Of a stretch of 64,000 nt of DNA, positions 9,397 to 18,679 are shown piece after piece. The DNA comes from Ruminiclostridium sp. (lineage in GTDB: Bacteria; Bacillota; Clostridia; Oscillospirales; Oscillospiraceae): assembly GCA_022792035.1 (NCBI GenBank), contig JAAWAE010000103.1:2257-66256 (forward strand), given 5' to 3'. Both the position numbers and the translations under genes were made by a program. The notes beneath the pieces were generated by a model. It did no database searches, had not been told where the DNA came from, and worked only from the letters and a program-made list of their open reading frames with translations. Numbering within the stretch: position 1 is the stretch's first letter; every line of letters starts with the position of its first letter.

Positions 9397-9948
9397 TCAG
9401 ACGATGGATTTGCCGAGTTCGTAAGCGGCGGATACCTCGGGCTTTCCCTCGATATCCCCAACGTTCTCGTTTCCGCCGGCGAGAATATGACCGAGATTCT
9501 CCCACGCCAAATGCTCCATCAAATGGTTGTAGTAAAGGAGAGCATCTTCAAAGCCGGAGCCTTCTGCGGCCATCAGCAGAGCGGAAGCCCTGCCGTGTCC
9601 CCGCAGGAGATTTCCGTCCCCCTCCTCCAAAGCAAACAGACGGTCCAGAGCCGTTTTGATTTGTCCGCTCATAGTCCAATAATAGAGCGGACTGGCCAGC
9701 ACGATCACATCACACGTCCGCACCGCTGGATAGATTTCCTTCATATCGTCCCGCTGGACACAGGGACACGCTCTGCTGCTCTGGCCGCCAAAGCAGCCCT
9801 TGCAGCCGTGGATCTTCATGCCGTCCAGGAAAAATTCAGTTACAGTATGTCCGGCGCTCTCGGCACCCTGGGCAAATGCCTGGACCAGCGCGGAAGTGTT
9901 GCCCTTTTTGCGGGGACTGCCATTGAGAATGACGATTTTTTTGCTCAT
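9397..9948 (-). CDS. Iron-sulfur flavoprotein / flavodoxin-family NADPH-dependent FMN reductase
   Basis: NGSPRKKGNT FMN loop, CKGC...CPCVQRDDM Cys cluster, ASPLYY. Confidence 0.88.
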   Translation of the reverse strand: MSKKIVILNGSPRKKGNTSALVQAFAQGAESAGHTVTEFFLDGMKIHGCKGCFGGQSSRACPCVQRDDMKEIYPAVRTCDVIVLASPLYYWTMSGQIKTALDRLFALEEGDGNLLRGHGRASALLMAAEGSGFEDALLYYNHLMEHLAWENLGHILAGGNENVGDIEGKPEVSAAYELGKSIV

Positions 9949-10027
9949 GTAAGCGACCTCCCTGACCCGCGGGCTTGACCTTGCCCGCGTCTGATGGTAT
10001 CATTGTAGCAGGAACTAGAATGAAATC

Positions 10028-10054
10028 AAGTACGCACATATAAGTGCGGTACTT
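10028..10054. promoter_or_regulatory. Putative HxlR-family operator
   Basis: Imperfect palindrome AAGTACGCAC-ATATAA-GTGCGGTACTT between the divergent flavoprotein and regulator genes. Confidence 0.55.
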
Positions 10055-10073
10055 ACCCGGAGGGAAGTATACT

Positions 10074-10406
10074 ATGAAGGAACGCTGTATTTCCCAGGAG
10101 TGCCTGAACGAAACGGGGTTCAGCTATACCCTGTCTTTGATTAACGGCAAGTACAAAATGACGATCCTTTATGCTTTGATGGAGTTTAAAGTCGTGCGGT
10201 TCAATGAAATGAAACGATATATTGGGGGGATTTCCTATAAGACGCTGAGTTCCACGCTGAAGGAGTTAGAAGCAGACCAGCTGGTACACAGAGAGGAATA
10301 CCCTCAAATCCCACCCAAAGTTGAGTACAGCCTAACAGAGCGGGGCAAATCCTTGATGCCGATTTTGGACGGGATGTGCGAATGGGGGGAACAGAACCGG
10401 CTTTGA
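10074..10406 (+). CDS. HxlR-family winged-helix transcriptional regulator
   Basis: LSLINGKYK, RFNEMKR, LKELE, YPQIPPKVEYSLTERG. Confidence 0.9.
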   Translation: MKERCISQECLNETGFSYTLSLINGKYKMTILYALMEFKVVRFNEMKRYIGGISYKTLSSTLKELEADQLVHREEYPQIPPKVEYSLTERGKSLMPILDGMCEWGEQNRL

Positions 10407-10484
10407 TTTGTAGATGTAGATAAGGAGCAGCGGGCAGCGGAGATGTTGACGATCTCCGCTGCCCGCTTGCACGGTAAAGGCGCG

Positions 10485-11438
10485 TCAGGGCAACCCCTCC
10501 TGTAAAAACCGCCAGGCGTTGCGCCAGCAGACGGCTTCGATCTCCCGGGGGGTAAAACCGGCGCGCTCCATGGCCTGCACCAGCTGGGGCATCCCCCCGG
10601 CAGCGCCTAGGTCCAGGGGGGTGTCGATGCCGTCGAAATCCGAACCCAGGGCGGCGCTCTCCAACCCGCCCACGTTGATGACGTGGCGCAGATGGTCCAG
10701 GATGGCTTGGGTGGGGGTCCGGGAACCGCCGGTCAAAAATCCGGCGTAAAAGTTCACCCCCACCAGCCCCCCGCGCTGCGCCATGGCCCGGATCATCTCG
10801 TCGCTGAGATTCCGCCGGTGAGGATACAGGGCCCGGCAGCTGGAGTGGGAGGCCAGAAAGGGACGGGACGCGCAGCGGCAGAGATCCCAAAACCCGTCGT
10901 CGCTGAGGTGGGATACGTCCACCAGCATATGAAGGCGTTCCATCTCCGCCACGAAGGCGAAGCCGGTTTCAGTTAGTCCCCCGGCCTGCCCGTTGGGATG
11001 GCCCAGTTCATTCTCGTAGTTCCAAGTCAGGGTCACCAGACGCACCCCAAGGCGGTGCAGCTGCCGCAGTTTTTTCAGGGAACCCTGGCACACGCCGCCC
11101 TCCTCCACAGTGAGCAGCGCCCCCAGCTTCCCCTCCCGCTGCGCGCGGGTCAGATCCTCGGCGCGGAGGAGGGGGTGTAAAACATCGCGGTTTTCTTCCA
11201 GCTCCCGCTGCCAGCAGGCCGCCAGGGCCTGGACCTCCTCCCAGGGACTGGTCTTTTGGACTGCCTGGGAATGTAAGTCCACGAACAGCGCAAAGCATTG
11301 GGCCAGGTACCCGCTGCGGCGCAGCTGGTCCAGATCCACGTCCAGCCCCGGCCCCCGGCCCAGGCTGACGGATTGGCCCTCCCGCCGCAGGGATAGAATG
11401 CGGGAAATGGTGTCACAGTGCAGGTCAACGAAAGGCAT
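10485..11438 (-). CDS. Membrane dipeptidase (peptidase M19)
   Basis: DLHCD, LTWNYEN, DVSHLSD, ASHS, RNLSD, GSDFDG. Confidence 0.9.
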   Translation of the reverse strand: MPFVDLHCDTISRILSLRREGQSVSLGRGPGLDVDLDQLRRSGYLAQCFALFVDLHSQAVQKTSPWEEVQALAACWQRELEENRDVLHPLLRAEDLTRAQREGKLGALLTVEEGGVCQGSLKKLRQLHRLGVRLVTLTWNYENELGHPNGQAGGLTETGFAFVAEMERLHMLVDVSHLSDDGFWDLCRCASRPFLASHSSCRALYPHRRNLSDEMIRAMAQRGGLVGVNFYAGFLTGGSRTPTQAILDHLRHVINVGGLESAALGSDFDGIDTPLDLGAAGGMPQLVQAMERAGFTPREIEAVCWRNAWRFLQEGLP

Positions 11439-11444
11439 AGTACA

Positions 11445-12404
11445 TCACCCCTGTAATGGAAAATGACAGGCCGCCTGCTGCCCATCCCCCAAGTCTGCCA
11501 GCGGCGGAACCGCCTGGGCGCACAATGCTTGGGCGTAGGGACAGCGGGTCCGGAAGCGGCAGCCGGAGGGGGGGTTCCCCGGGTCCGGGACTTCCCCGGA
11601 GAGCTGGCCCAGCGCGTCCCGCCGCCGGGGGTCCGGCTTGGGGATGGCGTCCAGCAGAAAGCGGGTGTAGGGATGGCGGGGGCGGCGGAATAGGGCCTCC
11701 CGGGGGCCGATCTCACACAGACGCCCCAGGAACATCACCGCCACCCGGCTGGCGCTGTGGCGCACCACCCCCAGGTCATGGGAGATGAATAAGTACGTCA
11801 GCCCCTGTTCCCGCTGCAGCTGGGCCAGCAGGTTCAGCATCTGCGCCTGGACCGAGACGTCCAGGGCAGACACCGGCTCGTCGCACACCAGCAGTCTGGG
11901 GCCCAAGGCCAAGGCCCGGGCCAGGACCACCCGCTGGCGCTGTCCGCCGGAGAGCTGGTGGGGATAGCGCTCCAGCAGTTCCGGCGAAAGCCCCACCCGC
12001 TCCAGCAGCCGCGCCGCCCGCTGGGGCAGCTCCCCCCGGGGGCAGAGCTTATGGATGCGCAAAGGCTCCGCCACCAAAGCCCCCACCCGCTGGCGGGGCT
12101 GCAGGGACCCGGCGGCATCTTGAAAAACAGGCTGGAACTGCCGCCGCAGCGTCCGCAGGGCCTTGGGGGACAGGGCGGCCAAGTCCTGCCCGTCAAAGAG
12201 GACCTGGCCTTCGGTGGGGGGCAGCAGGCCCAGCAGCAGCCGGGCCAGGGTGGATTTCCCGCAGCCGGATTCCCCCACCAGGGCCAGGGTCTCCCCCTGG
12301 TACAGGCGCAGGTCCACCTGGGACACCGCCTCCAGGGGCCGTCCGCCCCGCTTTGACCGGTGGACCTTGACCAGTCCCCGGCCCTCACAGAGTATGTTAT
12401 GCAA
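11445..12404 (-). CDS. Oligopeptide/dipeptide ABC ATPase (OppF/DppF-like)
   Basis: [43 protein letters not shown]; TTG start after GAGGAGG. Confidence 0.9.
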   Translation of the reverse strand: MHNILCEGRGLVKVHRSKRGGRPLEAVSQVDLRLYQGETLALVGESGCGKSTLARLLLGLLPPTEGQVLFDGQDLAALSPKALRTLRRQFQPVFQDAAGSLQPRQRVGALVAEPLRIHKLCPRGELPQRAARLLERVGLSPELLERYPHQLSGGQRQRVVLARALALGPRLLVCDEPVSALDVSVQAQMLNLLAQLQREQGLTYLFISHDLGVVRHSASRVAVMFLGRLCEIGPREALFRRPRHPYTRFLLDAIPKPDPRRRDALGQLSGEVPDPGNPPSGCRFRTRCPYAQALCAQAVPPLADLGDGQQAACHFPLQG

Positions 12405-12428
12405 GTGTGTGCCTCCTCTTGGCAGCCC

Positions 12429-13400
12429 TCATGGGCCCTCGTCCCCTAAGATACAGCGCAGGCGATGCCCGGGGACAGCTTCCCGAAGGGGGGGATGTAC
12501 CCTCCGGCAGGCAGGCCCCGCCTGGTCACAGCGGCTGGAAAAACGGCAGCCCTCCGGAACCTGTCCCAGCTTCGGTACGGTGCCGGGGATGGCGTACAGG
12601 GACGCCTGCTCCGCCTCCAGGGAGGGGATGGCCCGCAGGAGCCCCTGGGTATAGGGGTGCCGGGGATGGTCGAACAGGGAGAAGGTCTCGGCCTGCTCCA
12701 CGATCTCCCCGGCATACATCACATATACCATGTCACACAGCTGGGCTACCACCCCCATGTTATGGGTGATGAGCAGGATGGCGGTCCCGGCCTCCCGGCT
12801 CAGCCGGGCCATCAGGCGGAGGATCTGGGCTTGGATGGTCACGTCTAAGGCGGTGGTGGGCTCGTCGGCCAGGAGCACCGCCGGACGGCAGGCCATGGCC
12901 ATGGCGATCATCACCCGCTGGCACAGGCCCCCGGAGAGTTCCCGGGGGTAGGCGCTCCAGCGCCGTTCCGGGTCCGGGACCCCCACTTCGCCAAACAGGG
13001 CCAGGGTCCGGGCCTTGGCCTCCCGGCGGCGCAGGTGCTGATGCAGGCGCAGCCCCTCCGCCACCTGCTCCCCCACGGGGAGGACGGGGTTCAGGGCGCT
13101 CATGGGGTCCTGGAAGATCATAGAGATGCGCTCCCCCCGCAGCTGCCGCAGCTGCCGCTCCGGCAGGGTACACAGGTCCTGGCCCTGAAAGCGGATGGAC
13201 CCGGCGGTGACCGCCCCCCCCTGGGGCAGAAGGCCCAGGATGGACAGGGCGGTCATGCTCTTGCCGCAGCCGGATTCCCCCACCAAGCCGACGATCTTCC
13301 CCGCCGGGATGGACAGATCCACCCCGTCCACGGCGGCCAGACCGCCTGGGAAGCAGACCTGCAGGCCCTGGATGTCCAGGGCAGTGTTCTCCTGGCTCAT
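12429..13400 (-). CDS. Oligopeptide/dipeptide ABC ATPase (OppD/DppD-like)
   Basis: [40 protein letters not shown]. Confidence 0.9.
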   Translation of the reverse strand: MSQENTALDIQGLQVCFPGGLAAVDGVDLSIPAGKIVGLVGESGCGKSMTALSILGLLPQGGAVTAGSIRFQGQDLCTLPERQLRQLRGERISMIFQDPMSALNPVLPVGEQVAEGLRLHQHLRRREAKARTLALFGEVGVPDPERRWSAYPRELSGGLCQRVMIAMAMACRPAVLLADEPTTALDVTIQAQILRLMARLSREAGTAILLITHNMGVVAQLCDMVYVMYAGEIVEQAETFSLFDHPRHPYTQGLLRAIPSLEAEQASLYAIPGTVPKLGQVPEGCRFSSRCDQAGPACRRVHPPLREAVPGHRLRCILGDEGP

Positions 13401-13978
13401 CCGCGGCAGCTGTGGAAGAAGCCCTGCTTGTCGTACTGGTACTCCAAAGCCTCCCCCATGCGCTCGGCCAGGTAGAGGAAGCGGGCAAAGCTCTTGCGGG
13501 GGTCGATGCTCAGCCGGTTGGCGTTGAAGGTCCCCAGGGGGATGTGATAGACGCCCGCCTCGTCGGGGCTGTGTCTGGTGAGGAAGGCGTCGGTGGAGGG
13601 GAGGAAGAGGCTTTTGACAAACAAGCTCCCGTCCTCCTTCTGGGCATAGCCCAGGATGGCGGCGAAATCAAAGTCCACATGGGAGAAGCTGTTGACGCTG
13701 TCCTCGTCGAACAGCCGCTTCATCTGGGGCAGGTAGAAGGGGCGGATCACGGCGGTCTGGTCCTTCAGATGGGCCAGCTTTTGATCCGAAGCCTCCCCGC
13801 TCTGGGCGAAGGGGACGGCGTCGGGCCGGGTGAGTTTGGCCAGGATGCGCGGGGCCTCTGACGCGGGGTCCAGGGAGAAGGCGGCTTGGTAGGTCGAGGA
13901 GAAGTGCTCGTAGCGTTTCAGGATCTCCACCGCCTCCTTGGCAAGGGAGAGACGGTGGGGGTTTTGGGGCAGGGACAT
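13397..13978 (-). CDS. Hypothetical soluble protein (193 aa), stop overlaps the OppD-like start
   Basis: Strong RBS AAAGGAGG before ATG 13978; host-like codon usage; no family recognised. Confidence 0.7.
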   Translation of the reverse strand: MSLPQNPHRLSLAKEAVEILKRYEHFSSTYQAAFSLDPASEAPRILAKLTRPDAVPFAQSGEASDQKLAHLKDQTAVIRPFYLPQMKRLFDEDSVNSFSHVDFDFAAILGYAQKEDGSLFVKSLFLPSTDAFLTRHSPDEAGVYHIPLGTFNANRLSIDPRKSFARFLYLAERMGEALEYQYDKQGFFHSCRG

Positions 13979-14060
13979 AGGGGTTCCTCCTTTTGAGATT
14001 GCGTGATGGGACAGGGGACACCGCCCCTGCGGGTGAATGGTCGTATGCGAGCGGGGGGGC

Positions 14061-15998
14061 TCACTCCTCCAGCTCTGCGTCCACGGCGGTGAAGCTGTCA
14101 TAGACCATGGCTTTTTCCAGGGCGGCGTAGGCCTCCTGGACCTGCCGCTGCTGGGGGGTGGGGGAATAGCTGGGCGCGCCTTCCTGGTCCACGAAGAGCC
14201 GTCCCCGCACCTGGAGCATCGAGGGGGTGATGTTCTGGGACAGCCAGGTGAAGTAGCTGCCCAGGGGCACCCCGGCCCGTTCCAGGACGTGCAGGCCCAG
14301 GAAGGTACAGCTCTCGTCCCGGTCCGGCGCCGGCTCGGTTTCGTAATTGCTCCAGATGAGGTAATTGGTGGAGAGGATCTCCTTCAAGGTCTCCGCGTCC
14401 CAGTCGGCCGCGTTGTCGGTGGGACTGCAGCGCAGATGGGTATAGAGGGAGACCCCATCGTTGAGGTTGATGGAGGGCAGGTGGTCTCCCACGAAGACCA
14501 GCAGGACGGGGCGGTCCACTTGGGAGAAGTAGTCGGTCAGGAGTTTTAGGGATTCGTCGGCGCCGTGAAGGCCGTGGACCAGGGCGTCCACAATGGCCAG
14601 GTCCTCTTGGGACATCCCGGCGCAGGCGGCGGGATAGCCGGAGGGGGTGTCGTATTTCCCGGCCTCATAGGCCTGATGGTTTTCCATGGACATCCCGTAG
14701 AGGAAGCAGGGCGCGGAGGGGTCCCGGGCCTCGTAGCGGGCGATGAGTTCTTGGGCGAAGGAGACGTCGGAGATGTAGGCCCCGTCGATCACAGGCTGGG
14801 TGAGGAAGTCATCCTGAAAAACCAGCTGGTCAAAGCCGATGGCGGGGTAATTGCTTCGGCGGCCATAGAGCTCGTCGGTGTAGGAGTGAACGGAAATGGT
14901 TTGATAGCCCGCTTTCTTCAGGGTCCGCACGGTGGAGGGGACGTCCCGATAGAAGGCGGAGTCCAGGGTGCATAAACTGTCCCCTTCCAGGAGGAAGTTT
15001 TTGGACAGGGCGGTGAACATCTCCATCTCCACGTTGCCGGTGCCGCCGCCGTAGTTGTTGCTCAGGAAGGCGCCGCTGGTCCCCTGCTCCGCCAGGGCGT
15101 GGTAGGTGGGCAGGGGGTCGTCGGCGAAGTAGAGCCCCGAGAGACGGGTGATGTCGAAAAAGCTCTCCGAGGTGACGAACACGATGTCCGGGGCCTGGTC
15201 CAGGGGCAGGGCCTCCCCCGGGGCGCGGCTCTCCTCCCGGAAACGCTGGGCCAGACCCAGGTAGTAGCCGTCGCTCTCCCCCCGGGCCTCGGCCTGCCGC
15301 TGGGCCCAGGCGGTATAAAGGCCCAGGACCACCCCGGAGCGCTCGCTGCGCTCGATCTGGTCCATGCAGTCCTGGTCCAGGGCCACGGCGGCGCTTTGCA
15401 GGGGGCCGGGGAAGAAGGCGCAGGCGCACACCGCCCCGCTCACCAGCCCCAGGACCAGACCGGGCTTCCAGCCTGGCTTCCAGGTCTCTTTCCGGCGGAG
15501 GGTCTCCGTGAGGATCGCCGCCACCACCACGCCCAGCACCGTCATCACCGGGGGGATCAGCTGCTTGGCGGCAAAGCTGGTCACTTCCCCCAGGTTTTCA
15601 ATGAGGGTGAAGTCGCTGAGCTGGATGGGCATCCCATTGATGTCGAACTTATAGCGGCTGGACACCGCCACCCCCATGAACAGCCCGACTTCGGGGATGA
15701 AGGCGGGGAAGAGGCGGCGGATAAAGCCGTAAAGGGTCAGGCTGACGCTGGAGAAGAGCAGCCAGAACAGCCCCACCGCAGGCAGGTGGAGGACCATCCA
15801 GGGAAAGGGTTTCCACAGGCTCTGGAGCCACACCACCTGGGTGGCGTACAGGGTCACCAGGGGGCCCAGCAGGAGGCTGAGCAGGACGAAGAGCCGGGGA
15901 TGGGCGGGTTTGGCGCACAGCCGTGCCCAGAGGGCCTTCCACCAGGGGAGGGAGGGCGCTTCGGGTTCGCTGGCGGGCAGGGTGGTGAAGGGGGCCAT
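14061..15998 (-). CDS. LTA synthase family protein (membrane sulfatase/phosphotransferase)
   Basis: About five N-terminal TM helices, SESFFD, GGGTGNVEME (catalytic Thr), SMENH, GDHLP; alternative start at 16019. Confidence 0.85.
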   Translation of the reverse strand: MAPFTTLPASEPEAPSLPWWKALWARLCAKPAHPRLFVLLSLLLGPLVTLYATQVVWLQSLWKPFPWMVLHLPAVGLFWLLFSSVSLTLYGFIRRLFPAFIPEVGLFMGVAVSSRYKFDINGMPIQLSDFTLIENLGEVTSFAAKQLIPPVMTVLGVVVAAILTETLRRKETWKPGWKPGLVLGLVSGAVCACAFFPGPLQSAAVALDQDCMDQIERSERSGVVLGLYTAWAQRQAEARGESDGYYLGLAQRFREESRAPGEALPLDQAPDIVFVTSESFFDITRLSGLYFADDPLPTYHALAEQGTSGAFLSNNYGGGTGNVEMEMFTALSKNFLLEGDSLCTLDSAFYRDVPSTVRTLKKAGYQTISVHSYTDELYGRRSNYPAIGFDQLVFQDDFLTQPVIDGAYISDVSFAQELIARYEARDPSAPCFLYGMSMENHQAYEAGKYDTPSGYPAACAGMSQEDLAIVDALVHGLHGADESLKLLTDYFSQVDRPVLLVFVGDHLPSINLNDGVSLYTHLRCSPTDNAADWDAETLKEILSTNYLIWSNYETEPAPDRDESCTFLGLHVLERAGVPLGSYFTWLSQNITPSMLQVRGRLFVDQEGAPSYSPTPQQRQVQEAYAALEKAMVYDSFTAVDAELEE

Positions 15999-16031
15999 AG
16001 CAGGTGTTCCTCGTTTCATACATAAAATAGG

Positions 16032-16967
16032 TCAACGATGTCTATTATACTCGAAATCACAGGGAGATGCAACGGGTGGTTTTTGGGGGTGGAGGCAGGC
16101 GTCCAGGAAGGCTTCGATCCCGTCTTTGGTGTACGCGCCGTTGCGCCAGGCGATGCGGATGGGGTAGGAGAAGGGCAGCGGCAGGCAGAGCAGCTGGTCC
16201 CGGAAGGCTGTGAAGAAGTCCACATAGAGGTCGGGGCAGAGATACAGGCCAAAGCCGTCCCGGCACAGCCGCAGGCAGGTCTCGGCGCTGTCGGAGAGGA
16301 CGGAGACCTTGGGCACGACCCCGGCCTTCTCCAGCAGGACGGCGCCGTAGCGTCCGGCGATGTCGTTCTGGGTGTTCATCACAAAGGGGTAGGCCCCCAG
16401 GCCGCTGAGGTCCCCGCTGTGCCGGAGGGCGTCCAGAGCCTCGGGGGAGAGCATCCCCTGGGGCGCGGCCAGGAGGAGGGATTCCCGATAGTATGGCCGG
16501 GTGCAGAATTCCGGCCGGTCTTCGGAGACATCGGCCACCACCACGTCCAGCTCGCCCTTTTCCAGGCGCTGGATCAGCTCCTCGTTGGTCTGCTCACACA
16601 GGCGGACCTGGAGCTGGGGATGGCTCTCCCGGAGGCGGGTGAGCACCGGGGGCATGAGGATCAGGCTCCGAGTCTGGGAGATACCCACCCGGAGCTGGCC
16701 GCTGCCGGCCAGGGCCAGATCCCGGAACTCGGCCTCCATGGCGGTCTGGAGGCGCTGGAACTGAAGGCAGTAGTGATAAAACCGCTCCCCCGCCCAGGTG
16801 AGGCGGAAGGCGGGGCGGCGGGTGAAGAGCTGTACCCCCAGCTCCCGCTCCAAGGCGGCGATGTGGGCGCTGAGGGTCTGCTGGGTGATGAAGAGCGATG
16901 CCGCCGCCCGGGAGATGCTCTGGGCCTGGACCACGGCGATGTAGTAGTGCATGGGGAGCAGATTCAT
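16032..16967 (-). CDS. LysR-family transcriptional regulator
   Basis: SISRAAASLFITQQTLSAHIAALERELGVQLF HTH; RBS AAGGAGG; divergent from the NhaC-like gene. Confidence 0.9.
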   Translation of the reverse strand: MNLLPMHYYIAVVQAQSISRAAASLFITQQTLSAHIAALERELGVQLFTRRPAFRLTWAGERFYHYCLQFQRLQTAMEAEFRDLALAGSGQLRVGISQTRSLILMPPVLTRLRESHPQLQVRLCEQTNEELIQRLEKGELDVVVADVSEDRPEFCTRPYYRESLLLAAPQGMLSPEALDALRHSGDLSGLGAYPFVMNTQNDIAGRYGAVLLEKAGVVPKVSVLSDSAETCLRLCRDGFGLYLCPDLYVDFFTAFRDQLLCLPLPFSYPIRIAWRNGAYTKDGIEAFLDACLHPQKPPVASPCDFEYNRHR

Positions 16968-17082
16968 AGGATCGACCTCCTTCACAGGTTTTCCCCTGTA
17001 TTATAGCCAGAAAAAATACAGTTTGCAAGCTGTTATAGAAAGGCGTATGCTGGAGCAAAGAGGAGAAGGAGACGTGAGAACC

Positions 17083-18435
17083 ATGGAATTGCTTTTGCTG
17101 CTGCTGCTCACCGCGGCACTGATGCTCTGTACCGCCGCGGGACAGAGTTTTTTGCTGGCCCTGGTCTTCGGCCTGCTGCTGTTTCTGGCCTACGGCCTGC
17201 GCAAGGGACACCGCCTGCCGGCCCTGCTCCGGGCGGCTTGGTCCGGGGCGGGGGAGGTCCGGGGGGTGTTGGTGAGCCTGCTGCTCATCGGCCTGCTCTC
17301 CGCCGCCTGGCGGGCAGGGGGGACCATCGCCTATCTGGTGTCCCTGGCGGACCGCCTGTGTACGCCCCAGACCACCCTGGCGCTGTGCTTTCTGCTGTGC
17401 TGCCTGGTCTCGTTTTTGACCGGCTCCGCCTTTGCCAGCTCCGCCACCATGGGGGTGGTGTCCATGGCCCTGGCCCAGCGGATGGGCCTGCCGGTGTGGC
17501 TGGCGGCAGGGGCGGTACTGGGGGGCGTGTACTTCGGGGACCGCTGCTCCCCCATCTCCGGCAGCGCCCTGTTGGTGGCGGAGGTGACCCGGAGCAGCAT
17601 CCATGGGAATATCAAGTCGATGCTCCGCCGCGGCTGGGTCCCCTTCCTGCTGTCCCTGGGGCTGTACGCGGTCCTGGGCTGTGTTCTGGGCCAAGGCGGC
17701 GGGGACGGCGGGAGTATGTGGACGGGGTTTGTGCTCCACCCCTTGGCCCTGGTGCCGGGAGGGCTGATTTTGCTGTGCACCCTGCTGCGGGTGAACAGCC
17801 GGTGGACCCTGCTCAGCGGCATCGCCTCCGCCTTGGTTTTGGCGGTGGTGCAGCAGGGCTGTACCCTGGCCCAGCTGCCGGGGCTGCTTCTGTGGGGGAG
17901 CCAGAGGGGCGGCGGACTGTTCCAGGGGGGCGGGGTGGCCTCCATGGTCCCGGCGCTTTTGTCGGTGGCGCTGTCGGCGGCGTATACGGGGATCTTCCGC
18001 CTGACGGGCTTTCTGGAGCCGCTGCGTCGGGCCTGCGCAAAGCTCCGGGGCGGGACGGCGTTTCGCTACAGCTGCGTGTCGCTGCTCACCGGCATGACCG
18101 CCTGCAACCAGACCTTGACCATCCTGCTTACCAAGCAGCTGCTGGAGGGGGAGGAGCAGGGAGCGGCGCAGGCCCTGCGCCTGGAGGACAGCGCCGTGCT
18201 CCTCCCGGCGGTGATCCCCTGGTCCACCGCCTTCACCGTACCGGCGGCGGCGATGGGCGTGGGGGCGGCGTGCCTGCCGGGGGCGTTCTTCCTGTATCTG
18301 GTCCCGGTTTGGGATGTGGTGCGGGAGCATCTGCCGGTCTGCGGGACGCGTCGGGCGGGCGGCCCTTCCAGGAGGGCGAGGAACACAGGCGCGAAAACCC
18401 TCTTGACACCTGGGCCGAACTGTGCTAAACTTTGA
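17083..18435 (+). CDS. NhaC-family Na+/H+ antiporter / amino-acid transporter
   Basis: Polytopic; SFLTGSAF, GVYFGDRCSPIS, ACNQTL, LEDSAV..PAVIPW motifs. Confidence 0.82.
   Translation: MELLLLLLLTAALMLCTAAGQSFLLALVFGLLLFLAYGLRKGHRLPALLRAAWSGAGEVRGVLVSLLLIGLLSAAWRAGGTIAYLVSLADRLCTPQTTLALCFLLCCLVSFLTGSAFASSATMGVVSMALAQRMGLPVWLAAGAVLGGVYFGDRCSPISGSALLVAEVTRSSIHGNIKSMLRRGWVPFLLSLGLYAVLGCVLGQGGGDGGSMWTGFVLHPLALVPGGLILLCTLLRVNSRWTLLSGIASALVLAVVQQGCTLAQLPGLLLWGSQRGGGLFQGGGVASMVPALLSVALSAAYTGIFRLTGFLEPLRRACAKLRGGTAFRYSCVSLLTGMTACNQTLTILLTKQLLEGEEQGAAQALRLEDSAVLLPAVIPWSTAFTVPAAAMGVGAACLPGAFFLYLVPVWDVVREHLPVCGTRRAGGPSRRARNTGAKTLLTPGPNCAKL
18403..18431 (+). promoter_or_regulatory. sigmaA-type promoter of the aro operon, inside the last codons of the NhaC-like gene
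   Basis: TTGACA-17 bp-TAAACT with extended TG. Confidence 0.75.
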
Positions 18436-18464
18436 CCGAGTAAATGGAAAGGATGGGACACAGC

Positions 18465-18539
18465 ATGAAGCAGCCGGCTTTGAACATGATCCGCTTCTTC
18501 TCCTACCGTTACTTTATGCCCCACAAGGGAATAGAGTAA
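18465..18539 (+). CDS. Phe/Tyr-rich attenuator leader peptide MKQPALNMIRFFSYRYFMPHKGIE
   Basis: RBS GAAAGGA; 5 Phe/Tyr codons within 7 positions; lies between the promoter and a terminator upstream of the DAHP synthase gene. Confidence 0.8.
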   Translation: MKQPALNMIRFFSYRYFMPHKGIE

Positions 18540-18590
18540 GGGTGATTTGTGCTGGATAAAATCTTTCTTTTCCATCAAAAGAAATGCAGG

Positions 18591-18626
18591 CGCCACGCAG
18601 ACTACCGTTCTGTGTGGCGTTTTTTT
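18591..18626 (+). terminator. Intrinsic attenuator terminator upstream of aroF
   Basis: CGCCACGCAGA-loop-TCTGTGTGGCG followed by a T run. Confidence 0.85.
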
Positions 18627-18679
18627 ATGGTTCCTGCCGCGCGGGACGGCGGGCGTCCAATCGAAAGGAGTCTTACCTT

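Noticed and set aside
18438-18626. T-box riboswitch upstream of aroF
   Set aside because: No GGTGGNACC-type T-box bulge or recognisable stem I motifs; the F/Y leader ORF with alternative stems explains the region better (an Rfam scan would settle it)
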